Below, piece after piece: positions 51,838-62,110 of a stretch of 64,000 nt of DNA. The stretch covers positions 5,460-69,459 of the forward strand of contig JACRMM010000063.1 of NCBI GenBank assembly GCA_016214985.1, read 5' to 3'. Both the position numbers and the translations under genes were made by a program. Under the pieces are notes generated by a model. The model had not been told where the DNA came from and searched no databases. It saw nothing but the letters and a program-made list of their open reading frames with translations. The DNA is from Deltaproteobacteria bacterium (GTDB lineage: Bacteria; Desulfobacterota; Deferrisomatia; Deferrisomatales; JACRMM01). Numbering within the stretch: the first letter of the stretch is position 1; every line of letters starts with the position of its first letter.

Positions 51838-53568
51838 TCACCGAGATTCGCGCCACCTGTTGGTAATGGGAAACCGCCGGTCCTTGCCGAACGCCCGGGG
51901 CGTGATCTTGACGCCTGGCGGGGCCTGGCGGCGCTTGTACTCGTTGCGGTCCACGAGCGCGACGACCCGGCTCACGACCTCGACTCCGAACTCGGCCGCG
52001 AGGCTCTCGAAGGAGCGGTCCACTTCCACGTACCCCTCGAGGATCGGGTCGAGAAGCTCGTAGGCGGGCAGGGAGTCGGTATCCCGCTGATCCGGGCGGA
52101 GCTCGGCGCTCGGCTCCTTGGTGAGGGTTGCCTCGGGGATCCAGGGGCGCCGGGCCGCCGCGTTTCGCCACTGCGCGAGCCGGAAGACGAGCGTCTTGGG
52201 CACGTCCTTGAGTACGTCGAACCCACCGGCCATGTCTCCGTACAACGTGCAGTACCCCACGGAGGTCTCGCTCTTGTTCCCGGTGCTGAGCAGCAGCCAT
52301 CCGAACTTGTTGGAGAGCGCCATGAGGATCGACCCACGGATGCGGGCCTGGAGGTTCTCCTCGGCCACACCGACGGGCGCGCCATCGAACAGGGGGGCGA
52401 GGGTGCCGAGGAAGGCGTCGAAGACGGGCGCGATCGGGACCGTGCGGCACTCGATCCCGAGGTTTCGGGCGAGCTCCAGGCTGTCGGTCACGCTCCCTTC
52501 ACTGGAATAGGGGGAGGGCATGGTGATCCCGAGCACGTGGTCGAGGCCGAGGGCGTCCACCGCGATCGACGCGGTCAGCGCCGAGTCGATGCCGCCGGAG
52601 AGACCCAGGAGGACCTTCTCGAACTGGTTCTTGCGAACGTAGTCCCGGCACCCGAGCGCCAGGGCCCGGTAGACCTCCTCCTCCTCTCCGGGCCCCTCGA
52701 CCGCCCGTATCGGCAGGGGCCCCTTCGGGGCCCGGGGGGGCTCCGCCAGGTGGACGATCTCGCTGAGCGGCAGCGCCGGCGTCTCGGCGCGCAGGGCGAC
52801 CCGTCGTCGGGGGTCCCGCAGTCGCTGGTTGAAGACCTCGGCGGGGTCCACATCTACGACCACGGTGTCCTCCTCGAAGGGAAGCCCTCGGGCGAGCACT
52901 TCGCCCCGGGGCGAGAACACGAGGGAGTTTCCGTCGAACACGAGCTCGTCCTGTCCGCCCACGAGGTTGCAGAAGGCGAGCAGACAGGCGTTGTCCGCGG
53001 CCCGTGTGGCGAGCATGGTCTCTCGGAACTTCGCCTTGCCGGCGTAGTAAGGTGACGCGGAGATGTTCAGGAGCAACTCGGCGCCGCCCTGCAAGGCCTG
53101 CGTGCGTGCCGGCCCTCCAGGGTACCACATGTCCTCGCAGATCGTGACGCCGAAGGTGCGCCCGCCGACCCGGAACACCGGCGTCTCGCGGCCGGCCTGG
53201 AAGTAGCGGTCTTCGTCGAAGACCCCGTAGTTGGGCAGGAAGGCCTTCTTGACCACGCCCCGGAGTTCTCCATCGTGGAGCACGGCAGCCGCGTTGTACA
53301 GGTCGTCTTCCCGGTGCACGAAGCCGACCACGGCCGTGAGACCCCGGGTGTGCTCCCGGATCTCCTCCAGTGCCTTCAGGTTCTCTCGAACGAACTGGGC
53401 CTTGAAGAGAAGGTCTTCCGGCGGATACCCCACCAGGGCGCACTCCGGGAACACGGCGATCTCGGCTCCCCAGTGCCGGGCCTTGCGCAGGCCGTCGAGG
53501 ATCTTCGCGGCGTTGCCCGGGATGTCCCCCACAGTGGGGTTCATCTGGCACAGGAAGAGACGGAGCAT
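51838..53568 (-). CDS. nadE: Glutamine-dependent NAD+ synthetase
   Basis: N-terminal CN-hydrolase (FPECALVGYP, VTICEDMWYP) and C-terminal PP-loop synthetase (GLSGGIDSAL). Start MLRLFLCQMNP at 53568. Confidence 0.9.
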   Translation of the reverse strand: MLRLFLCQMNPTVGDIPGNAAKILDGLRKARHWGAEIAVFPECALVGYPPEDLLFKAQFVRENLKALEEIREHTRGLTAVVGFVHREDDLYNAAAVLHDGELRGVVKKAFLPNYGVFDEDRYFQAGRETPVFRVGGRTFGVTICEDMWYPGGPARTQALQGGAELLLNISASPYYAGKAKFRETMLATRAADNACLLAFCNLVGGQDELVFDGNSLVFSPRGEVLARGLPFEEDTVVVDVDPAEVFNQRLRDPRRRVALRAETPALPLSEIVHLAEPPRAPKGPLPIRAVEGPGEEEEVYRALALGCRDYVRKNQFEKVLLGLSGGIDSALTASIAVDALGLDHVLGITMPSPYSSEGSVTDSLELARNLGIECRTVPIAPVFDAFLGTLAPLFDGAPVGVAEENLQARIRGSILMALSNKFGWLLLSTGNKSETSVGYCTLYGDMAGGFDVLKDVPKTLVFRLAQWRNAAARRPWIPEATLTKEPSAELRPDQRDTDSLPAYELLDPILEGYVEVDRSFESLAAEFGVEVVSRVVALVDRNEYKRRQAPPGVKITPRAFGKDRRFPITNRWRESR

Positions 53569-53736
53569 GGCGGGTCCTCCGAGCGTGGAAGGGGAGCGAC
53601 GCCCGAAGACTACGGGAAGGGCGCGCACGGCGCAACGGGCGCTGTCCTGGAACGGGCCGGGGCTCGGGAGTTTCGTCGGCGAAGTCTTCTCGTGGTCTTC
53701 TCGTGGTTGAAGCGGGCGACGGGGCGGTGATAGGTT

Positions 53737-55134
53737 GTGGGCGCCGAGCCCCTGAACTCTGCCGAGGTAGTCGTGACCGTGCCCCGAACTCGAACGATCC
53801 TTCTCGTCCTCGCGTTCGCGAGTCTCGCCGGGCCGGCCGAGCCGAGCCTGCGCGAGACGCCGGCGGTCGTCGCCGTGCGAAAAGCGTCGCCGGCCGTGGT
53901 CAACGTGTCCACTGAGATCGTCACGGTCGAGCGCTCGCCTTTCGGCCGCAGCCCCTTCTTCGACAGCTTCTTACGCGACTTCTTCGGCGACCAGCCCCGG
54001 GAGCGCAAGGACCAGAGCCTCGGTTCGGGCGTGCTGATCCGGCCCGACGGCACGATCCTCACCAACGAGCACGTCGTCGCGAACGCGAGCCGCATCCTCG
54101 TCACGCTCGCCTCGGGGGAGGAGTTCGAGGCGAAGCTCCTCGGCGCCGACAGCCGTACCGACCTGGCCGTGCTCAAGGTCTCGTCCGATGTGCCTCTTCC
54201 CTACGCCGAGGTCGGGACCTCCGGCGACCTCATGATCGGGGAGACCGTCATCGCGATCGGCAACCCCTTCGGACTCGCCCACACGGTGACGACCGGGGTG
54301 GTGAGCGCCCTCAAGCGAACGATCCGGGGCGGCAACGATCGGGTCTACTCGGACTTCATCCAGACCGACGCGTCGATCAACCCGGGCAACTCCGGGGGAC
54401 CGCTGCTGAACATCGAAGGGAAGGTGATCGGCCTCAACACCGCGATCTTCCAGCGGGCCGAAGGGATCGGCTTCGCCATCCCGATCGACAAGGCGAAGCC
54501 GATCGTCCAGGACCTGATCGCCTTCGGCGTCGTCCACCGGGCCTGGCTCGGCCTCCAGACCGAGGACCTGAGCTCCGATCTGGCCGCCTACTTCGGCCGG
54601 GAGGGCAAGGGAGGGGTGCTCGTCCGCCGCGTGTTCGAGGGGAGCCCGGGCGAAGCGGCCGGCGTGCGACGCGGCGATCTCGTCCTTCGCGTGGGAGGAG
54701 AACCGGTGCGCGACGGCGCGGAGCTTTCCGGGAGGCTGGCGGGGTTCACGGCCGGGAGTACCGTTGCCTTGACGCTCCTGCGTAGGGGCGAGGAAGTCGA
54801 GGCCTCGGCGTCGGCCCGCGAGATCACCGACGACGACGTGGCGCGCCTGTGTGACGCCTGGGTCGGCCTGACTGTGGTCTCCAACTCGGCGGAGCTCGTG
54901 GCGCGCTACCGGCTCGCGACCAATCGGGGGCTGGTGGTGTCTCGGGTGCGGGCCGGCGGACCCGCTGCCCAGGCGGGTATCGAGCCCGGAGACGTCGTGC
55001 GCCAGGTGAACGCCACAGCCGTGGAGGGTGCCGCGGCGTTTCGGGACGCGCTGCTGGCCGGCAGTCAGCGGGAGACCGTGGTGCTCGTGATCCAGCGGGG
55101 CCGAACGGGCTACACCCTGACGCTCGCGCCGTGA
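53737..55134 (+). CDS. HtrA/DegP-family periplasmic serine protease with two PDZ domains
   Basis: Catalytic TNEHVV, DLAVLKV and GNSGGPLL. Two PDZ-like segments (GVLVRRVFEGSPGEAAGVRRGD and GLVVSRVRAGGPAAQAGIEPGD). GTG start. Signal/anchor TILLVLAFASLAGPA. Confidence 0.9.
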   Translation: MGAEPLNSAEVVVTVPRTRTILLVLAFASLAGPAEPSLRETPAVVAVRKASPAVVNVSTEIVTVERSPFGRSPFFDSFLRDFFGDQPRERKDQSLGSGVLIRPDGTILTNEHVVANASRILVTLASGEEFEAKLLGADSRTDLAVLKVSSDVPLPYAEVGTSGDLMIGETVIAIGNPFGLAHTVTTGVVSALKRTIRGGNDRVYSDFIQTDASINPGNSGGPLLNIEGKVIGLNTAIFQRAEGIGFAIPIDKAKPIVQDLIAFGVVHRAWLGLQTEDLSSDLAAYFGREGKGGVLVRRVFEGSPGEAAGVRRGDLVLRVGGEPVRDGAELSGRLAGFTAGSTVALTLLRRGEEVEASASAREITDDDVARLCDAWVGLTVVSNSAELVARYRLATNRGLVVSRVRAGGPAAQAGIEPGDVVRQVNATAVEGAAAFRDALLAGSQRETVVLVIQRGRTGYTLTLAP

Positions 55135-55291
55135 CGGACGCTGCGGCGAGGCGTTCGCCGCGGTCCGGACGGAACCGTGACGTTCCTACGCTGTCGTTGA
55201 CGTCCCGACGGCCGCCGCGGGGCCGGCGGCCCCCTGTCGTGGGGGGTCGCGGGTCGGATTCCGATCGCTGGCGTTAAGGGCCCCCGCCGGT

Positions 55292-55567
55292 CTACGGCGG
55301 CGGTGAGGGGGCGAGCGGACGCTGAACCGCAGTTGCGGCCCAGACCAGGGCGAGCGCCCAGCCGACGCCAGTCCAGCCGAGGAAGAGGTTCAGCAGTGCG
55401 ATGGCGGCGCGGTTGTGGTGGTGCCGGCGGACGGCAACCAGGGCTGGCAAAAAGTACAAAACCGCTGCCGCGCCGAGCAGGATGGGGGACACCCACTCCG
55501 GCATTCGGGCCACATGGTGCCACGCATAGGGTAGGTGGGGCGTGTCGAACTCGAAGTCGGGTCTCAC
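55292..55567 (-). CDS. Small two-TM protein of the superinfection-immunity (Imm_superinfect-like) family
   Basis: YFLPALVAVRRHHHNRAAIALLNLFLGWTGVGWALALVWA matches the family core as recalled (YF.P..IA..R.H.N...I...N..LGWT..GW..AL.WA). Confidence 0.65.
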   Translation of the reverse strand: MRPDFEFDTPHLPYAWHHVARMPEWVSPILLGAAAVLYFLPALVAVRRHHHNRAAIALLNLFLGWTGVGWALALVWAATAVQRPLAPSPPP

Positions 55568-55880
55568 GGGTCTTTCCAGCTTCTTTCAGCAGACCGCTGC
55601 CGGGCGATCCGGCAGCGAGGGTGACCGCTCCACGAGGCCCCGGCGTCTTCTCCGGCGCCGAGGTGCTCCGTGCCTCAGGTATGGGATCGGAACGGGATCG
55701 GCCGCCGGGCCGGAAACCGCACGTGACGCGAGCAGCCGGGTCAAGGGGCGGGTCTCCACCTCGCTCCGGGGGAGGGGATTCCCGGACGGAAGGCGACAAC
55801 CGGTGTCGTTTGGGCGTCGCGCGGGCGGGGCAGTGGACCCGGGGCTCCAGCATTTTCGGAGAAGCCCCGGGACCCTTCGC

Positions 55881-56732
55881 TTACTGCGCGACCAACTCGA
55901 CCCTGCGGTTCTTAGCCCGTCCCTCCTCGGTGCCGTTCGATGCCACGGGAGCGGTGGGGCCCACGCCGAAGGGTTTCAGGCGGGAGGCCGCGATCCCATG
56001 GCTCCGCACCAGGGCTTGGGTGACGGCCGCGGCCCGCTCCGCGGAGAGCTTCACGTTGTGGTCGAAGCTGCCCGCGTTGTCCGTGTGCCCGACCACGTAA
56101 AGCTTCAGACCGGACTGTGCCTTGAGGAGCTTCGCGATCTCGCTCAAGGCCGGCTCCGAGGCCGGCTCGATCTTGGCCTTGTCCGTGTCGAAGTAGATGC
56201 CGTAGACCGCGGCCTTTCCGGTCTCCCGGAGGCTTCCCGCGAGACTGTCGGCATTGGCGGCGACGTCCTGGTTCATGAGCTGTCGTTCAACGACGTGCAC
56301 GTTGTACATGCCGTTGCTGGCAGCTTGCACTTGGGCCCACACTTCGGCCTGTCTGGTCTCGACCCGCAGTGTAGCCTGCTCGGTGCCCCCGTCTTCGAAC
56401 GCATAGACCTGCTTCCCGCCGATGCTCTTGACGGCGTTCGTGTAATTTCGGACGACCTGAAGCCCGCTTGGCAGTTTGATGCCGTCGTTGGCGTAGTAGA
56501 TCACCACGTAGTGGCGCCCTTCCATGACCTGCGACTTATCGGGCCCCGTGGCGAAGGTAACGCGATCGAAGTCGATGTCCTGATAGTTGTAGATGTGGAA
56601 GCCGGCCATCCGGCTGAAGAGCGGCGGATCTTTGCTCCCCTCGGCGTCGTTGGGGTCCCCCGCCGCGCGGGCCAGACCCAGGGGAAGCAGCAGCAGTACA
56701 CCGGCCAAGATTCTGGAGATGTGCTTCAGCAT
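55881..56732 (-). CDS. OmpA-family peptidoglycan-binding protein with DUF4892-like N-terminal domain
   Basis: Start MLKHISRILAGVLLLLPLGLARA (signal) with AGGAGGA SD. C-terminal OmpA_C: LYVVGHTDNAGSFDHNVKLSAERAAAV...NRRVELV. Confidence 0.85.
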   Translation of the reverse strand: MLKHISRILAGVLLLLPLGLARAAGDPNDAEGSKDPPLFSRMAGFHIYNYQDIDFDRVTFATGPDKSQVMEGRHYVVIYYANDGIKLPSGLQVVRNYTNAVKSIGGKQVYAFEDGGTEQATLRVETRQAEVWAQVQAASNGMYNVHVVERQLMNQDVAANADSLAGSLRETGKAAVYGIYFDTDKAKIEPASEPALSEIAKLLKAQSGLKLYVVGHTDNAGSFDHNVKLSAERAAAVTQALVRSHGIAASRLKPFGVGPTAPVASNGTEEGRAKNRRVELVAQ

Positions 56733-56850
56733 GGGTGCCTTCCTCCTGCATGGTAGGGTCAGTCTCGGTAGAACTTGGGACTTCGTGCCCGTGTCAGCCC
56801 GCGCGTGCAGCGGACTCCGTGTCGGCAATCTTACCGCTGCCGGTCGCCGC

Positions 56851-57414
56851 TCACCACACCAGGTCGTCCGGGATCGGAAATGCCGCGTACGGATCGTCGG
56901 GGTCGGGTTCCGTGTTTCGCGCTTCCGCGAGGAAGACGAAGGCCTCCGGGACGAGTTCGCGAATCCTTCTCGCGATCTCGGTCGGGACGAGGCGATAGGC
57001 GCCCTCCCACTCGACGATGGCGAGGAGGCCCCCGGTCAAGGCCGTCTGCTGGCCTGAATCGACGTAGAGCTTCTTGACCTTCGAGCCCCGGACGAAGTGA
57101 TACCGAACCTCGCCCTTGCCGTGGGGTACGGCGGCGGTCTGGAGGATCTGCTTGACTTCCGCCCGCGCGGCCTGGCGGGCGCGCTCCTGTTCCCGGGCCT
57201 GGTTGAGCTCGCGGCTTCGCTGAGCGTGGCATTCCCGCTCCTGTCGCGCCGTCTCCGCGGCAAGATCCGCGGCGGTTGGTGCGCGCTCGAGACCGGACTT
57301 GCGCGCCTTGTGGGCCTGCTTGTTCTGCTGGCGGGCGTCCAGTTCGGCCTGCCGCGCCTGCTTCTGGTCGACGAGCCCGGCCTTCAGGAGTTGATCGCGG
57401 AGGGAGCCGTTCAT
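56851..57414 (-). CDS. DUF2058 (YaiL-like) protein
   Basis: MNGSLRDQLLKAGLVDQKQARQAE... lysine/arginine-rich coiled region, then the conserved C-terminal YHFVRGSKVKKLYV...AIVEWEGAY. Confidence 0.65.
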   Translation of the reverse strand: MNGSLRDQLLKAGLVDQKQARQAELDARQQNKQAHKARKSGLERAPTAADLAAETARQERECHAQRSRELNQAREQERARQAARAEVKQILQTAAVPHGKGEVRYHFVRGSKVKKLYVDSGQQTALTGGLLAIVEWEGAYRLVPTEIARRIRELVPEAFVFLAEARNTEPDPDDPYAAFPIPDDLVW

Positions 57415-57619
57415 TCCGTACCTCTCGAGATGCCGCTGCCGGCGGCGAAAAGGGTCGGCCGATCCGATTTCGTTCCCGGCGGCCTCGATGGTCGGTATGA
57501 TAGGGCGAGGCCCGGGGCCGAAGCAACCGGGTCGGCGGGGGGAGCGCCGGTTGGGAATGCCGGGGCGCCGGAGACCGGCTCATACACGGAAGCGATGACG
57601 GGCCGCAGGGGTAGAGACG

Positions 57620-58072
57620 ATGACCGAGAAGGTGTTCGGTTTCGACGAGTTCGCGACGAAGTGGGTGCCCGCCCCGCCGCACTGGGAGCCGGAAGACGAG
57701 GGGCCCGCTCGGGCCGGACCGGCGAGCGAGGGCGAGCGCCGCCGCGCGTATCTCGGCGGCCTTCGGCAGACGGGTGGCGCGGGACTCGTGTTCAGCCAGG
57801 AACTGCAGGATCGGCTGATGCGGGACGCCGCGTCGGGCGTGCCGTTCCTGTCGATCCTCGAGGGGCTCCTCGAGGACCCGGAGGTCGGCGACACGGATGC
57901 CATCGTCGCGTTGGTGCAGCGCGTCTTCGGCGTGCCGGCCTCCCGCGCCCGGTTCATCGCGAGCTGGCGTCCCACCAACCGCAGCACCGAGGCGAAGAGG
58001 GTCCTCGAGCGGGTGGCGCTGTGCATCGCCGACGCTCGCCGGGCGGGCCTCTGGTCGGCCCCGGAAAAGTGA
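57620..58072 (+). CDS. Hypothetical protein (150 aa)
   Basis: ATG start with GC3-rich codons. No recognisable motif. Confidence 0.45.
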   Translation: MTEKVFGFDEFATKWVPAPPHWEPEDEGPARAGPASEGERRRAYLGGLRQTGGAGLVFSQELQDRLMRDAASGVPFLSILEGLLEDPEVGDTDAIVALVQRVFGVPASRARFIASWRPTNRSTEAKRVLERVALCIADARRAGLWSAPEK

Positions 58073-58459
58073 GTTGCGCGGGGCGCGGACGGCTCGCGGT
58101 GCCCGTGAGGAGGAGCCGGCTGGGGAACCGGCCCTCGGCGCTCGTCAGGAGCCCTGGGGCGCGCGAGGCGTCCGGCAGAGGGCAGTCCTCTTGTTCTTCC
58201 ACCACCCAGCGGTTGCCGGGGCTTGCGGGGTTTCCCCTCTCTTCGTCTCCCCTCCTCTCGGAGCCCGATCTTTGGCCCTTGGCGCGGTGGAAGTCTACGA
58301 GAGCTCCCAGCGTCATGCCACAAACCCCGAAAGGTCGAAAGCGTAGAGTGTAGGCTTGACCCCATGGGTCTTCCATGATCGGCCTTCTCGGGTGTCTTCA
58401 TCCGTGTTGACGAGCGCTGGCACCTTCGCGGATAGTCACCCGAAAAGGGGACGTTCATC

Positions 58460-59083
58460 GTGAACCGGACGATCAAGCACCTGGGCGGGCCGCTGCGCAC
58501 ATCGGGTTTCGCGTCTTTCTTTGAGCGCAACCCGGGGCTCTCCGCCTACTGGGTGCGTCAGGACCGAGTCATGGCGGGAGCCTATCCAGGCTCTCCAGAT
58601 GCGAGCGACGCTCGTCGGAAGATCCGTTGGCTTCTGGAGCGCGGAATCCGGCGGTTCGCGGACCTGACCGAAGAGCACGAGCAGACCGGCCGGGGCAGCC
58701 CGCTGCTCCCCTATGCGCACCTTCTGGCTGCTGAGGCCGGACGCGCGGGGATTGCCGCCGAGCACTGCCGCTTTCCCATCGAGGACATGGGAGTGCCTCG
58801 ACGCGAACAGTTGGGGGAGATCCTCGACTATCTCGACGGGGCTGAGGCAGGTCAAGAGCCCGCGTACGTCCATTGCCTGGGAGGGAGGGGCCGAACCGGA
58901 ACGGTGGTGGCGTGCTACCTCCTGCGGAACTCGGCGAGACGGAGCAATCCTCTCACCGCCGAAGAGGCGCTGGCCGAGCTCACCTCGCTACGCAGGAGCC
59001 AAGGGGTTCCCGATCCTCTAGATTCGCCCCAGACATCGGTCCAGTTCGACTTCGTGAAGAGCTGGTCGGACAAAGACGGGTGA
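58460..59083 (+). CDS. Cys-based protein tyrosine / dual-specificity phosphatase
   Basis: Active-site P-loop VHCLGGRGRTGTVV (HCX5R(S/T)) and upstream general-acid region FPIEDMGVP. GTG start. Confidence 0.8.
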   Translation: MNRTIKHLGGPLRTSGFASFFERNPGLSAYWVRQDRVMAGAYPGSPDASDARRKIRWLLERGIRRFADLTEEHEQTGRGSPLLPYAHLLAAEAGRAGIAAEHCRFPIEDMGVPRREQLGEILDYLDGAEAGQEPAYVHCLGGRGRTGTVVACYLLRNSARRSNPLTAEEALAELTSLRRSQGVPDPLDSPQTSVQFDFVKSWSDKDG

Positions 59084-59208
59084 ACGCCGGCCGCGCGCCG
59101 TTCCGTAGGCGATATGGAAGCGCCGATTTGGTCCGAAGACAGGATCCCTTCCCGTCCGCAAGCCGGGGCCACGAACGGTCGGATTCCGCGGTCCAAGAGC
59201 CACCGCGC

Positions 59209-61424
<2,216 letters not shown>

Positions 61425-62110
61425 CCTTTGGGCCGAGCGAACTCTGCGGCGCCGTTCGGTCCACGGTCGAGTGGACGGGCTCTGAAGATGGGCGTGCCTT
61501 GGGGGAAGGAGATCCATGCGGAGGCGGGGATAGGAGAAACCCAGCAAGCCCCGGCAAGCGTTTCATGGCTGCGGTGATTGACGGCGCGTTCCTCTGGGCC
61601 GCGTACCTCGTCCCGGCGATCGGAGTCGTGGTTGCGCTGGTCTATGGGTTCACGAACGACGCCTGGCCCCTCCTCGGGGGCCTCGTGGACCCAACCCCCT
61701 GTTGAATCCGGGAACGCCCGGAGAGATTCGATTACCTGACCTGAGGAGCACGAGCCGACCGGCCGGGCCAGCCCGTCCCGGTGCGCGCACCTTCTGCCTG
61801 CGGAGCCTAAACGCGCGGGGATGGCGGCCGCGGCAGTCTGCGGGCGATCCAAACTCCAGCGGTCTCCGAAATCAAGAGCCTTTCTCCGGTCCGGGAACCG
61901 AGAGTGCGCCCACTCCCCGATGGTCTTTACGAGCACGGCTTGTGCCGTCGGGCAGGCATCCTTGCCCGTGCCAGAGCGGTGTGTTACAAAACAGCCCTTC
62001 CCTGAATACGTTAGGCGGCGCCTGAGGAGCCTTTTGGTGGGGCGCAGGGATGGTGCGGCCCAGTCGATTTCGTTCTTCTTGATTCTGCGATGAAGGTAAG
62101 GAGCGCCCGT

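Noticed and set aside
58400-58425. TGGCAC hexamer upstream of the phosphatase gene as a sigma-54 promoter
   Set aside because: There is no GC at the required N10 spacing (TGGCACCTTCGCGGA). The surrounding TTGACG-N18-GATAGT is a weak sigma-70-like alternative at best.
61565-61705. 46-aa hydrophobic ORF MAAVIDGAFLWAAYLVPAIGVVVALVYGF...
   Set aside because: No SD, a single TM-like stretch resembling only the start of RDD-family proteins, and no downstream continuation. Probably non-coding or a gene remnant.
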